Shown one piece after another: positions 18,309 through 26,925 of a stretch of DNA of 64,000 nucleotides. The stretch is from contig NZ_JANQKD010000023.1 in the NCBI RefSeq assembly GCF_028281305.1, forward strand, positions 139,598-203,597, read 5' to 3'. The notes under the pieces are model-generated. The model had not been told where the DNA came from, searched no databases, and saw nothing but the letters and a program-made list of their open reading frames with translations. Made by a program: the position numbers and the translations under genes. How positions within the stretch are numbered: position 1 is the stretch's first letter; every line of letters starts with the position of its first letter. Source of the DNA: Pelagibius sp. (GTDB lineage Bacteria; Pseudomonadota; Alphaproteobacteria; Kiloniellales; Kiloniellaceae).

Positions 18309-19079
18309 GTGCAAGAGTTGGTTGGTCCGACACCCGAATACGCTTCCGCAGCTCCAATCTACGACAGTCGCGTACCCTACCTTCCGGGGTTCTTCGCCGG
18401 ATTGGGGACTCAGATGTTTGAAGGCGAGCCTTTGCGCCTCGCTGATCTAGCCTCTGGACCGGGCGCTCTGGCGCAGGGTTTTTCCCCTTACGTCTCTGCC
18501 TGTTTGCTGGTGGATGCAGAACCGGAGATGCTAGCCGTTGCCCGGAGGGGTAACTACAAGGAGCCCTGTGAGGCGGACTTCCTCTGTGCATCCGTCGAAG
18601 ACCTGCCTTTAGAGGTCGGTGTCTTTGATATTGTGACGATCGGCAGAGCGCTCCACTGGTTGCCACACCAGGCGACGCGCGCCACGTTGCAACAAATCAC
18701 CAAGCCTGGGGGTCATGTGCTGATCTGTGAAGCGGGCACGTTCCGCTATGAGTACAATCCCTGGCACAAAGACTTCAACGCAGTGCGCCAGCGATACACG
18801 AAGGAGGATCCTTTCGTCGGGAGCCAGGGGAACGCGATGTTCTTCAGCGGAAGCAGCTTTCGATGGCGCGGGAACACAACGATCATTGATACGCAGATGG
18901 TCTCGATCGACAAACTGATTGAACGGGCCTTCTCGTACAGTTCGACCGCCCGCGATGTGCTTGGTGATCAAGCCGCTGCCATGGAAGCGGACTTACAGGC
19001 GGCCCTTCGGCCGCACGCTCGCGATGGTCTCGTCCAGGAAGTGATCTATAGCGCCGCGCAAGTGTTTGTCCGCGACTAA
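18309..19079 (+). CDS. Class I SAM-dependent methyltransferase
   Basis: LADLASGPGALA motif I, VDAEPEML, FDIVTIGRALHW, ITKPGGHVLI. Confidence 0.88.
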   Translation: MQELVGPTPEYASAAPIYDSRVPYLPGFFAGLGTQMFEGEPLRLADLASGPGALAQGFSPYVSACLLVDAEPEMLAVARRGNYKEPCEADFLCASVEDLPLEVGVFDIVTIGRALHWLPHQATRATLQQITKPGGHVLICEAGTFRYEYNPWHKDFNAVRQRYTKEDPFVGSQGNAMFFSGSSFRWRGNTTIIDTQMVSIDKLIERAFSYSSTARDVLGDQAAAMEADLQAALRPHARDGLVQEVIYSAAQVFVRD

Positions 19080-20347
19080 CGCGAATCTGTCCAAAGCTCC
19101 TTTTCCGGGCGTACTTCCAAAAGTCCACTTTCCCCGCGGCAGAGCCGGCCGTTGATAGCGGTTCGTGGCAGATGTTGGGTCTTGGTACTGGGCGCCGGCA
19201 GGCTGCCCAGGCGCTGCCCGAGGGGCAGGGCCGTCACAACGGCCTCCAGATCTATCGGGACGTCGGAGATATAGAAGCGCTCCACCACGGCCGGATTGCG
19301 CCACATGCCGGCCAGCGCGATGGCCTTGGCGTCGAGCCCCAGGTCTTGGCGCAGCGTGTTGGCAAAGTTGTGCCTGAACCAATGGGGCGTAGCCTCCTGA
19401 ATCACCATGGCGCGCTCATGATAGCCGAGGGCTTTCATCTGCCGAACGCAGCGTCGCTTGGCGCGGGCAAAGGCATGGCGGATGTGGCCCCCACGGCCTT
19501 CGATGTGGGGATAGGGCCGGCCCCGCTCCGTCAGGAAGGCTTCGGGGTGGATGTCGCGCCGGCGGCGGAACCAGTCCTGCATCATGCCGGCGGCGTAGGG
19601 GTGCAGCGGCCTAAGATAGCAGTGGCCGTTCTTGGTCTTTGGAAAGAAGACGCGTCCGAAATCCCCGCTGAACGTGAAGTGAGTGCGCTTGAGGTGCACG
19701 ACCTGGCCGACGCGGGCGCCGGTGGCGTAGAGGACGGCCAGCATCGGCTTCAGTTGGTCCGCTGCGCAGTCGATGAGGAGCTCCACTTCGCCAGGGTAGA
19801 ACCTTTTCATGGCGGCGCTGCGCTCTTGGTTGCGGACTTGGATCCGTGGCCAATAGGGTGATGCGTAGAGGTAGCCAGCCTTGGCAGCGTAGTTAAGCAC
19901 GGCCGCCATGAGACCCTCTAGACGACGCCTGGTCGTCGGCTGGACGTGGCGGCAACGGCGGATGAAGTAGCCTTCGAGCTCGGTGCGATCGAGATCGGCT
20001 ATGGGCACGCGCCCAAAAGCGGCGATGAACTCTCGGACCATGCGAACGGAAGTGTGTACAGGCTGGCGGACGCGCAGGAATTCTTCCGCGACATCCGCGA
20101 AGGGCGCGTCAGGCAGGCGCTTGTAGACAAAGCGGTCCAGGACCTCCGCCTCCCGCTTGATGCGCAGCACCTCGGCTGCCGCCCAGGCTCCAGGCTGCCT
20201 TGCTTCTAGACCGGTGCTTTCTCTTATGCGGATGGACTTCTTGCCGATGCGGACCGTGCCGCTGAGATAGAGCTTTGTGCTGGAACTGCGCTGGACGACT
20301 CTCAGGCCGCCAGCCTGTGTGGGCGAGGCATATGGGTCTCGGGGCAT
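19076..20347 (-). CDS. int: Tyrosine recombinase/integrase (copy 1)
   Basis: TGAR (R), PKTKNG (K), HWFRH (HxxR), GMW, FY; N-terminal arm-binding-like beta region; about 40-aa non-homologous C-terminal tail. Confidence 0.92.
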   Translation of the reverse strand: MPRDPYASPTQAGGLRVVQRSSSTKLYLSGTVRIGKKSIRIRESTGLEARQPGAWAAAEVLRIKREAEVLDRFVYKRLPDAPFADVAEEFLRVRQPVHTSVRMVREFIAAFGRVPIADLDRTELEGYFIRRCRHVQPTTRRRLEGLMAAVLNYAAKAGYLYASPYWPRIQVRNQERSAAMKRFYPGEVELLIDCAADQLKPMLAVLYATGARVGQVVHLKRTHFTFSGDFGRVFFPKTKNGHCYLRPLHPYAAGMMQDWFRRRRDIHPEAFLTERGRPYPHIEGRGGHIRHAFARAKRRCVRQMKALGYHERAMVIQEATPHWFRHNFANTLRQDLGLDAKAIALAGMWRNPAVVERFYISDVPIDLEAVVTALPLGQRLGSLPAPSTKTQHLPRTAINGRLCRGESGLLEVRPEKELWTDSR

Positions 20348-20491
20348 TGTCTTCTATCCTCATGTTGGGCCAAACCAATGGGTAGGTCGGCCACTCCATA
20401 AGGACAGGGAGTGCGTGGCAGGTGTGTGGAAACACTGTACAAGAGCCTTGTAAACTCACGGCACTGTTAAAGGACCGTAGGGTGGTCGACA

Positions 20492-20827
20492 TCACTCAAA
20501 CAGCGGCGCCACTCTCCTTCCACGCATCTTAATGCTGACATTTGGGATACTCTGACTGCTGCCCTGAAGATCAAAGCCGCTGTCATCAGATGTACCAGAC
20601 AAGTTCAGTGTGAATCTGGAGATTGGACCCATAACCGAGTTGGGGGTACCGCGGTAGTGCGTTACTTCGATAGTCGCTCGGACTTTGCCACCGTAGTTAT
20701 CGAACCGGCCCTGATAGAAGTATGATCCATCCCCGCCATTAACTCTACCATTGTCGATTACAACAATTCCTGAACCGAAATCTCGGTTGCTGGCTTGAAA
20801 GTCAACGCCGAACAATCCGGATAGCAT
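20492..20827 (-). CDS. GrlR-like beta-barrel protein
   Basis: GSGIVVIDNGRVNGGDGSYFYQG pattern resembles the GrlR family; all-beta; low GC. Confidence 0.65.
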   Translation of the reverse strand: MLSGLFGVDFQASNRDFGSGIVVIDNGRVNGGDGSYFYQGRFDNYGGKVRATIEVTHYRGTPNSVMGPISRFTLNLSGTSDDSGFDLQGSSQSIPNVSIKMRGRRVAPLFE

Positions 20828-20829
20828 AA

Positions 20830-21480
20830 CTAACCTCCGTCCTTAAGAATACTGGCGAGCTTCTCGAAGTCGCTTTGCGTTTGAGGGAAGTTCTCGACTA
20901 CACTTTTCAGCCGCTCAGCTTTCCAAGAGTCTCCAAGACGACGTTCAAGTCGAGTTGGGAGATCGAGCGCATTTTCACTTGATCGTAAGAGTTCAAGAAC
21001 CTCCTGCTCCTCTAGAACAAGTTCATCAATCAAGAATGTGTAGAGGCTGTTCCCTCGCAAGCTGCCGAGGGTCTGAAGCCTCTCCCGGCGCTTTGCGATC
21101 CAGTCGCCGATTTCTTTGCCATCGGGTGTTCGGTTGGCAAGCTTCTCCAAACCTTCCTGCAAGCCATTCACAGTTTCTTCCAGTTGTGAAACCTGCGCCT
21201 TGATCTTCGAGTTAGTGTTGGTCCCAGCAATCGAGTCCAAATAGTGCTTTGGGTCGTCATAGTCTTGCGGAGAGAACCAGACGGCTGGCCTTACAAACAA
21301 GATAAAAAAGAAACCAATCACCAGCACCACAGGAAACAGCATAACAAACCAGACAAAGGTAGATTGTAGCTCGGGCGATAGCTTGATTAGGACGTAGGCC
21401 ATTGACACTTCTGACAGCCCGGCAAACCCTCCAAGAACTGTTAGTGGGCTGCGAAGGATAGTGGAGTGCTGCGAATTCAT
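20830..21480 (-). CDS. 2-TM membrane protein with C-terminal coiled-coil/helical domain
   Basis: PLTVLGGFAGLSEVS and FVWFVMLFPVVLVIGFFFIL...FSPQDY; heptad region KAQVSQLEETVNGLQEGLEKL; low GC. Confidence 0.75.
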   Translation of the reverse strand: MNSQHSTILRSPLTVLGGFAGLSEVSMAYVLIKLSPELQSTFVWFVMLFPVVLVIGFFFILFVRPAVWFSPQDYDDPKHYLDSIAGTNTNSKIKAQVSQLEETVNGLQEGLEKLANRTPDGKEIGDWIAKRRERLQTLGSLRGNSLYTFLIDELVLEEQEVLELLRSSENALDLPTRLERRLGDSWKAERLKSVVENFPQTQSDFEKLASILKDGG

Positions 21481-21496
21481 GCGGACTATCCAGTAT

Positions 21497-22693
21497 CTAA
21501 TTTTGGTTCTTTATGCGGCCAAGTCTGACGTGCGGCGAATTGATCTTGCCAAACGCCATCCCCTTGATCGCCTCTTCCACATGCGCGGGCGCGTCAGCGA
21601 TGTAGGTTTCGTTGACCAGTGAAACGCTCTCCCACATCCCGGCCTCAGCGATGGTGCGCGGGTCGAGTCCGTGGTCCTGCCGAAGCGTGTTCGCAAAGTT
21701 GTGGCGAAACCAGTGTGGTGTTGCCTGGCTGATTACCCGCGCTCTGTCATGGAGGGCCTTCGCCTTCAAAGTCCGCACGCATGCGCGGCGGGCGCGCAGG
21801 AATCCCTGGCGGATCTGGCCGCCTGTGCCGCGCTGGACCGTATAGGGCGCACGGTAGTAGGTGAGGAACATGTCGGGGTGCGGATCCCTGCGGCTGTTCA
21901 CCCATTCGATCAGAATCTGAACGGCGTAATCGTGTAGGGGCCGCGAATAGGCGTTGCCGTTCTTGGTCTTGGGGAAGGTGACGCGCCCATTTCCCGGCAC
22001 CAAGACGAAGTGCTCGCGCTGCAGATAGAGTGTCTGTGCGACGCGCGCGCCCGTGACCAGGAGCGTGGCCAGCAGAGGCTGCAGGTGCGGCCGGGCACAG
22101 TCGATCAGAAGTTCTGCTTCACCCGGCAGGAAGCGCTTGACCACGCCTGTGCCCTTCTTGCGCGGAATCTTGGTGCGCTCCCAGTAGGTCATTGCCGGAA
22201 GGTAGCCCTTCTTCACAGCGAAGGTCAGGAGTGCGTGAAGCGTATTCTCGTGCCGCCGCTGGGTCTGCGGCTTGGCATGGGCAAAGCGGTGGCGATAGAA
22301 GCTTTCTATGTCCTTGCGGCTGATGTCGATGATCGGGCGCTTGCCGAAGGCGTCAATCAGTTCGCGCAGATTGCGCAGATCGGCCGGGCCAGGATCTACG
22401 GCTTTGATGTAATGAGCCGCAAGGGTGGCGATGAGGTCTGGTGGCGGGCGTCCGTAGACTGCTTGGTCCAGGATTTCCGCTTCGACCTTGATCCGGATGG
22501 CCTCGGCGGCTTCCCAGGCTTTAGGCGCGCTGATATCAAGGCCTGTGCTTCGGCGCACTCGGACGCTGGTTCCTGCAACGCGCAAAGTTCCCGTGATGTG
22601 GAGCTTTGTCGTGCCGGGCCGAACGACGACCTTAAGGCCGTATCCGCCGACAGGATGGCGGCCTTGAGGGCGTGAAACTGACTTTCGGTCCAT
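21497..22693 (-). CDS. int: Tyrosine recombinase/integrase (copy 2, likely the prophage integrase)
   Basis: TGAR, PKTKNG, HWFRH, GMW, TY catalytic residues; overlaps the xis-like gene. Confidence 0.93.
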   Translation of the reverse strand: MDRKSVSRPQGRHPVGGYGLKVVVRPGTTKLHITGTLRVAGTSVRVRRSTGLDISAPKAWEAAEAIRIKVEAEILDQAVYGRPPPDLIATLAAHYIKAVDPGPADLRNLRELIDAFGKRPIIDISRKDIESFYRHRFAHAKPQTQRRHENTLHALLTFAVKKGYLPAMTYWERTKIPRKKGTGVVKRFLPGEAELLIDCARPHLQPLLATLLVTGARVAQTLYLQREHFVLVPGNGRVTFPKTKNGNAYSRPLHDYAVQILIEWVNSRRDPHPDMFLTYYRAPYTVQRGTGGQIRQGFLRARRACVRTLKAKALHDRARVISQATPHWFRHNFANTLRQDHGLDPRTIAEAGMWESVSLVNETYIADAPAHVEEAIKGMAFGKINSPHVRLGRIKNQN

Positions 22694-22878
22694 ACCTTCG
22701 ACCTTCCTATGTAGCCGTGCAACTGCAGGCGGCGGTCGGCTGGCGGCTGACGGAGATCTTCAGCAAGACGAGTTTGCAGCCAACGCGCGCTTTTGCCAAG
22801 GCGCTCTGCAACCTCACCGAGGGTCAGATGATCCGGACTTTGTCGTTTTGGGCCCAGGTGAGTTTTGCGAGGCCTCAT
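22396..22878 (-). CDS. Excisionase-like HTH protein (HTH in the first ~80 aa; ORF overlaps the int start)
   Basis: LTLGEVAERLGKSARWLQ winged-HTH with a GRSKVWT wing; start coupled to the upstream stop. Confidence 0.6.
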   Translation of the reverse strand: MRPRKTHLGPKRQSPDHLTLGEVAERLGKSARWLQTRLAEDLRQPPADRRLQLHGYIGRSKVWTESQFHALKAAILSADTALRSSFGPARQSSTSRELCALQEPASECAEAQALISARLKPGKPPRPSGSRSKRKSWTKQSTDARHQTSSPPLRLITSKP

Positions 22879-23186
22879 CGGCCAACGCGTCCTTCAACCT
22901 GCTCGCGGATGGCCGCGTGTTCGCGGCGACGTTTGCGCTCGCCGTCGGCAACCTCGTCGGCGAAGCGGGTGAGGGCGCCCAGGGCACCGGGCTTGCGCTC
23001 CAGCCTCCAGGCCAGGATGAGGGGCAGGGCCGTGCGGCCCTGGCTGCGCTCCCGGTCGTTGCGCTTGCGCCGGCAGGCGTCGACGCAGAAAGCCTGATCA
23101 TGCCGGCGCGGATAGAAGGGCTGGCCGCACTCGCGGCAATAGGCCAAGCGCGGCGGTCGCGGAAGGCGGGCGAGCGGAGCGGTCAT
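22875..23186 (-). CDS. Hypothetical Zn-finger protein
   Basis: CRECGQPFYPRRHDQAFCVDAC; ATGA coupling with the upstream gene. Confidence 0.7.
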   Translation of the reverse strand: MTAPLARLPRPPRLAYCRECGQPFYPRRHDQAFCVDACRRKRNDRERSQGRTALPLILAWRLERKPGALGALTRFADEVADGERKRRREHAAIREQVEGRVGR

Positions 23187-23539
23187 AGCGGCTTGTCCTC
23201 GCTGTTGGCCGGGCGCGTGTTCGCGAGCCGGACTTTGGCGACATGCTGGGGAAAGTCGTCGGCGAAGCCCCGGAGCCAGTCGGCAAAGGCAGCGGGGTCC
23301 TGCTGCGTGCGGGCGACCAGCATGATCACCGCGCTCAGACAGCACTCGACCATCCGGAGGCCCCCGTGCGGACCGGCCATGGCCCGGACCCGTTCGACGA
23401 ACTGAAGGACGAAGGCGTCGGCTTCGGTCTGCGGGGACCCTGACGGGATCAGGATCAGATCCGTCTCCAAGTCTTCGTTGCCGGTCAAGACGGACACTCC
23501 GGCACGAAACGCTCGACGGGACCACCGCAGTCGGGGCAC
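23183..23539 (-). CDS. Hypothetical phage protein
   Basis: Coupled member of the leftward early operon; start uncertain. Confidence 0.55.
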   Translation of the reverse strand: MPRLRWSRRAFRAGVSVLTGNEDLETDLILIPSGSPQTEADAFVLQFVERVRAMAGPHGGLRMVECCLSAVIMLVARTQQDPAAFADWLRGFADDFPQHVAKVRLANTRPANSEDKPL

Positions 23540-23712
23540 TCCGTTGGGTATGCGTCCGGGTCGTTCGTGGCCGGCATAGATCCCACGGCATCGGGACAGC
23601 CACTGGCGCAGCGATAAAAGAAGCGCCAGCCATCGAGGGGTGCCGGGTTATAGCTACTGCGCCACATCGGGTCGAAGACCGCCTCCGGGTGCGGAGGTTG
23701 CTGTTCGGACAT
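23485..23712 (-). CDS. Small Zn-ribbon protein
   Basis: YRCASGC and CPDCGG motifs. Confidence 0.5.
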   Translation of the reverse strand: MSEQQPPHPEAVFDPMWRSSYNPAPLDGWRFFYRCASGCPDAVGSMPATNDPDAYPTECPDCGGPVERFVPECPS

Positions 23713-23717
23713 GGCCG

Positions 23718-24314
23718 CTAATCCCTCGACTGTGTTGCGGGGCAGAACTCCTGCAACCGCTGGAGCCAGACTTCGGCGGCGCGCGGCCAGGGCCAGGGCT
23801 TGATGACGACCCGGTCGGGTGGTGGGTAGCCGCAGAGGTCGGCAGCCACGAAGCTTGGCTTAAGGTCGCGCACCTCGGTGGCGAACATCACGTCGTCGGC
23901 GTGCTTCACCTGCTGCTTGGTCTCGGCGGGGAGAGGCCAGGAGAGCCCGGCAGCGGGGTAGATGATGCGGTCGTGCCGCTCCTCCAGGATGTCAAGCAGC
24001 ATCGGGGTTCCGTACTCCTCGCGCAGCAGGTCCTTCAGCGGGCCGGGCGTGTCGTTCAGGTAAGCCTCGTGTGCATCGTGCAGCAGCCCGTAGGCCCGGA
24101 GATCCGGCGGGAGGATGTCGGCGACGCGGACGCAGTGTTCGGCGACCGAGATCGGCAGCGCTGTCGCGCCGATGTGCCGGTTGATCTTGGCGAGATGCTC
24201 GGCGATGTCGGGCCAGTGCAACTGCGCACCCTGGGGCGCGGCCAGATGCCATTGGCGTCCTGATACGGTCTTGATGGTGGCGGCCCGGCGGGTGGGTCTG
24301 GAGGCTGTGGGCAT
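23718..24314 (-). CDS. YfdR-like HD-domain phosphohydrolase (5'-deoxynucleotidase family)
   Basis: DIAEHLAKINR, SVAEHCVRV, LLHDAHEAYLND, VKHAD...TEVRDL; ATG at 24314. Confidence 0.88.
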   Translation of the reverse strand: MPTASRPTRRAATIKTVSGRQWHLAAPQGAQLHWPDIAEHLAKINRHIGATALPISVAEHCVRVADILPPDLRAYGLLHDAHEAYLNDTPGPLKDLLREEYGTPMLLDILEERHDRIIYPAAGLSWPLPAETKQQVKHADDVMFATEVRDLKPSFVAADLCGYPPPDRVVIKPWPWPRAAEVWLQRLQEFCPATQSRD

Positions 24315-24583
24315 CAAGGAAACCTCGTGACGGGATCGGTGTTGCGGGTGGGCACCCGGCCCAAATAGAAGCGAGCGTCCCGGCGAAGGCCCACGAGGGT
24401 GGAGGCGGCGCAGCGGGCGAGGCTGTCGCGCTTTGCGTAGCCACGGATCTGGTCGAGGGCGTGGAGGCACTCGGCGACCGTGGCGGGGTTGCCCTGACGC
24501 AGGCCGTGCCGGGCCAGAGCCGCCGTCTGCCAGAGCGAGTAGGCGCAGAGTTCGAGGCCGGAGGTCATGCGGCTGGAGATCAT
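24314..24583 (-). CDS. Hypothetical phage protein
   Basis: Coupled overlaps with both neighbours. Confidence 0.5.
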   Translation of the reverse strand: MISSRMTSGLELCAYSLWQTAALARHGLRQGNPATVAECLHALDQIRGYAKRDSLARCAASTLVGLRRDARFYLGRVPTRNTDPVTRFP

Positions 24584-24894
24584 CGCAGCGCCTGCTCGAT
24601 CCCTCTCGCCCGCTGCACGGCTGCAAGGCTGAACTTGTCGATGGCCTCCAGGCTGAAGCCCTGCGCAACCAAATCCATGCGGTCGCAGGTGCCGCGCTCC
24701 TGCTTCACGCGCACGAGGGTGCGGGCCATGGACTCAATCAATCCTGCGGGTTTGTAAGCCTTTAGGCGGCAGCGCACGCGCGCGATGCGGGGGCGGCGGA
24801 CCGGGATCATCCGGTCGAGGGTTCGTGCCCGACCGCGGTCCTGCGGGCCGATCGGCGCATCCGTGTTGCATTCGAGGAGGTCTTCGTGGGTCAT
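24580..24894 (-). CDS. Hypothetical protein, first gene of the leftward early operon
   Basis: ATG 24894 behind GGAGAGAG; directly downstream of the operator cluster. Confidence 0.55.
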   Translation of the reverse strand: MTHEDLLECNTDAPIGPQDRGRARTLDRMIPVRRPRIARVRCRLKAYKPAGLIESMARTLVRVKQERGTCDRMDLVAQGFSLEAIDKFSLAAVQRARGIEQALR

Positions 24895-24928
24895 AGGGGT
24901 CTCTCTCCAGGATTGATATGGAAAAGAT

Positions 24929-24968
24929 ATGCGCAAAAATGCGCATCAAGCAAGCATCAAAATGCGCA
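24929..24968. promoter_or_regulatory. OL-like operator(s): TGCGCA-N4-TGCGCA
   Basis: ATGCGCAAAAATGCGCAT at 24929-24946 plus a further ATGCGCA at 24962; same motif occurs at the cI-cro junction. Confidence 0.7.
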
Positions 24969-25088
24969 CGCAGGAAAACCCTACGGTTTGCGCGGGAGTC
25001 CCCAGGGCAGGTGCCGTTTCCTAAGGGCTCGTGCTATGGTGTAGTGAGGTTGTTGTCAGTCTATCGCGAGTAGGCGGGAGGGGCGCGC

Positions 25089-25688
25089 ATGGTGGACGGG
25101 CAGACAAGTCCGAGGGACGGATGGAGCAAAGCGCAGTCGGTGGCGACGATTTTCGCCACGGTCGCTGTGCCCATAATCGTCGCCTTTGCCGGCTATGTGG
25201 TGAACGCAAATCTTAAGGACCGGGACGTGAAACTGCGTACCACCGAATTGGCGATCGCGATTTTGCGGGAGGATCCGAAGAACAGCCCGGAGACGCCGCA
25301 GCTAAGGCAGTGGGCAGCCGAAGTTATAGATCAGTACTCTGGTGTCTCGTTCCCGGAGGGAGCTCTGGATGAACTGAGAGAGAACGCAATTCCCATCAGT
25401 TATGCCAATGGGTTTTTCGGTGTTGATCCCACTCTAGAGATCAAGGCTGCACAAGCGAATCTTCGGGCCTTGGGTTATACGGGTGACGTTAGTTGTAAGG
25501 CATTGATGAGACCGGCTTTCGGTGAGTTGGAGAACCTAGCTAAGCGCTTCGTCGAAGATAATCCTCCGCGCCGAAACCTAGTCGAAGGAGATGTCCTGAA
25601 TGCTATGAACCGAATTGCGAGCAACTGTGCACGCCTCCATTTTTTGGATGTGATGGGAGGAGTTGCTCAGCCGCCCGAACTTCAATGA
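25089..25688 (+). CDS. Membrane-anchored moron protein in the immunity region
   Basis: N-terminal TM (VATIFATVAVPIIVAFAGYVV); lower GC; convergent with cI. Confidence 0.7.
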   Translation: MVDGQTSPRDGWSKAQSVATIFATVAVPIIVAFAGYVVNANLKDRDVKLRTTELAIAILREDPKNSPETPQLRQWAAEVIDQYSGVSFPEGALDELRENAIPISYANGFFGVDPTLEIKAAQANLRALGYTGDVSCKALMRPAFGELENLAKRFVEDNPPRRNLVEGDVLNAMNRIASNCARLHFLDVMGGVAQPPELQ

Positions 25689-25695
25689 GGCGCGA

Positions 25696-26553
25696 TTAGG
25701 CTGTCGCCTCGGGCCGGATCGAGGCAATCACCAGGGCGGTCACTAGGATCGCGTCGTCGTGGATTTCGGCGGTTTCGCCGGGGGCCGGTAGGTCAACGAC
25801 GCCTGCGTAGCGGGGATTGTCGGATCGGGCATAGAGCCGCCCTCGACCCTGCTCGACAACGAACTCCTTCACGGTCGCCTCGACCAGATCTCCGCGGCGA
25901 TGCTCGACAATCACGCGCTCACCGGATTTGGGCTCACGGCCGAGATGGAGGAAGGAGACGCAGGCAAGGATCGAGCCCTCCGGATAGACGAGGTTCATTG
26001 AGGGGCCGCGCACGACAAGGCCGAACTGGGGCAGGGCGGTGTAGCGCTCGACCCCGGCGACACCGACCGGATACCAGTCTTCCTGCGGCCATTCCATCGC
26101 TTCGCGCCAGGCGCCGGCTTCTACGGTGCCACGCACGGGCATGAAGCTGAGGTTGGCCGATTTAGCCCGCGCGGTATACAGATCCCATGACTGCATCGCG
26201 GCGCCAAGGGCTTCGTGAGCGCGTATCTCAGCCAAACTGCGCAGCAGTTGTTCGCGTTCCCGGCCTTCCGGCAGATCGGCGATCTGCTGTTCCAATTGCG
26301 CGATCGCCTTTGAAGCACCCTGGTGCGCCTGCGCCTTTCCGGCGGCCTCTGCGATCTTGGCAATGCTGCGCCGCGAGAGGGTGTGCTTGACCTCCTGATT
26401 GAGGAAGCGGTTCAGGGTGGACGGCGCAAGTCCGGCCTTGCGGGCCAGCTCGGTCGGGCTCCACCCGGTCTCAGCGAGGATCTCACGCACATAGGTCCGC
26501 GCCCGCTCCTGCTCGGCATCGGCTGCGCTCGGACGGCGCTTTGCTTGCGGCAT
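25696..26553 (-). CDS. cI: CI-like repressor (HTH + S24 peptidase)
   Basis: WSPTELARKAGLAPSTLNRF HTH; VEAG cleavage site; VRGPSMN (Ser) and ATVKEF (Lys); divergent from cro. Confidence 0.92.
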   Translation of the reverse strand: MPQAKRRPSAADAEQERARTYVREILAETGWSPTELARKAGLAPSTLNRFLNQEVKHTLSRRSIAKIAEAAGKAQAHQGASKAIAQLEQQIADLPEGREREQLLRSLAEIRAHEALGAAMQSWDLYTARAKSANLSFMPVRGTVEAGAWREAMEWPQEDWYPVGVAGVERYTALPQFGLVVRGPSMNLVYPEGSILACVSFLHLGREPKSGERVIVEHRRGDLVEATVKEFVVEQGRGRLYARSDNPRYAGVVDLPAPGETAEIHDDAILVTALVIASIRPEATA

Positions 26554-26638
26554 CGGTTGCGACTCTGTCCTGATTGGCGTCGGCGCAAGACTGCACATCA
26601 TTGCGCTTCCAAGCGTAAGGTATTTTTGCGCTTGTTGT

Positions 26639-26656
26639 GTGCGCAATAATGCGCAT
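26639..26656. promoter_or_regulatory. OR-like operator TGCGCA-N4-TGCGCA
   Basis: GTGCGCAATAATGCGCAT between cI and cro. Confidence 0.7.
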
Positions 26657-26667
26657 ATTCTCTCGCC

Positions 26668-26925
26668 ATGGACTTCGTCTCCCGCATAGCCGCCATCGAG
26701 GCAGCCCTCGCCGAGCGGGAGATCCCCGTCGACCTCTTCTGTACCCGGGCTGGTGTCAGCCGGGCTTCCTGGCAGCGTTGGAAGGCCCGGCAGACCTTCC
26801 CCAACGGGCGTCTCTGGCTCCGGGTCGAACAGACCGTGAGGACGTTGGGCCTGCTGGGAAGCGATGCCGTCGAAGAAAGCATCGGCAACCTGGCAGGCGA
26901 AGTAACGGAGATCAGCCATGGCTAA
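26668..26925 (+). CDS. Cro-like HTH protein
   Basis: IPVDLFCTRAGVSRASWQRWK HTH; divergent from cI. Confidence 0.75.
   Translation: MDFVSRIAAIEAALAEREIPVDLFCTRAGVSRASWQRWKARQTFPNGRLWLRVEQTVRTLGLLGSDAVEESIGNLAGEVTEISHG

Noticed and set aside
23718-24314. DatZ / Z-genome pathway
   Set aside because: An HD hydrolase alone; no purZ or mazZ in the window; YfdR-like genes are common in temperate phages
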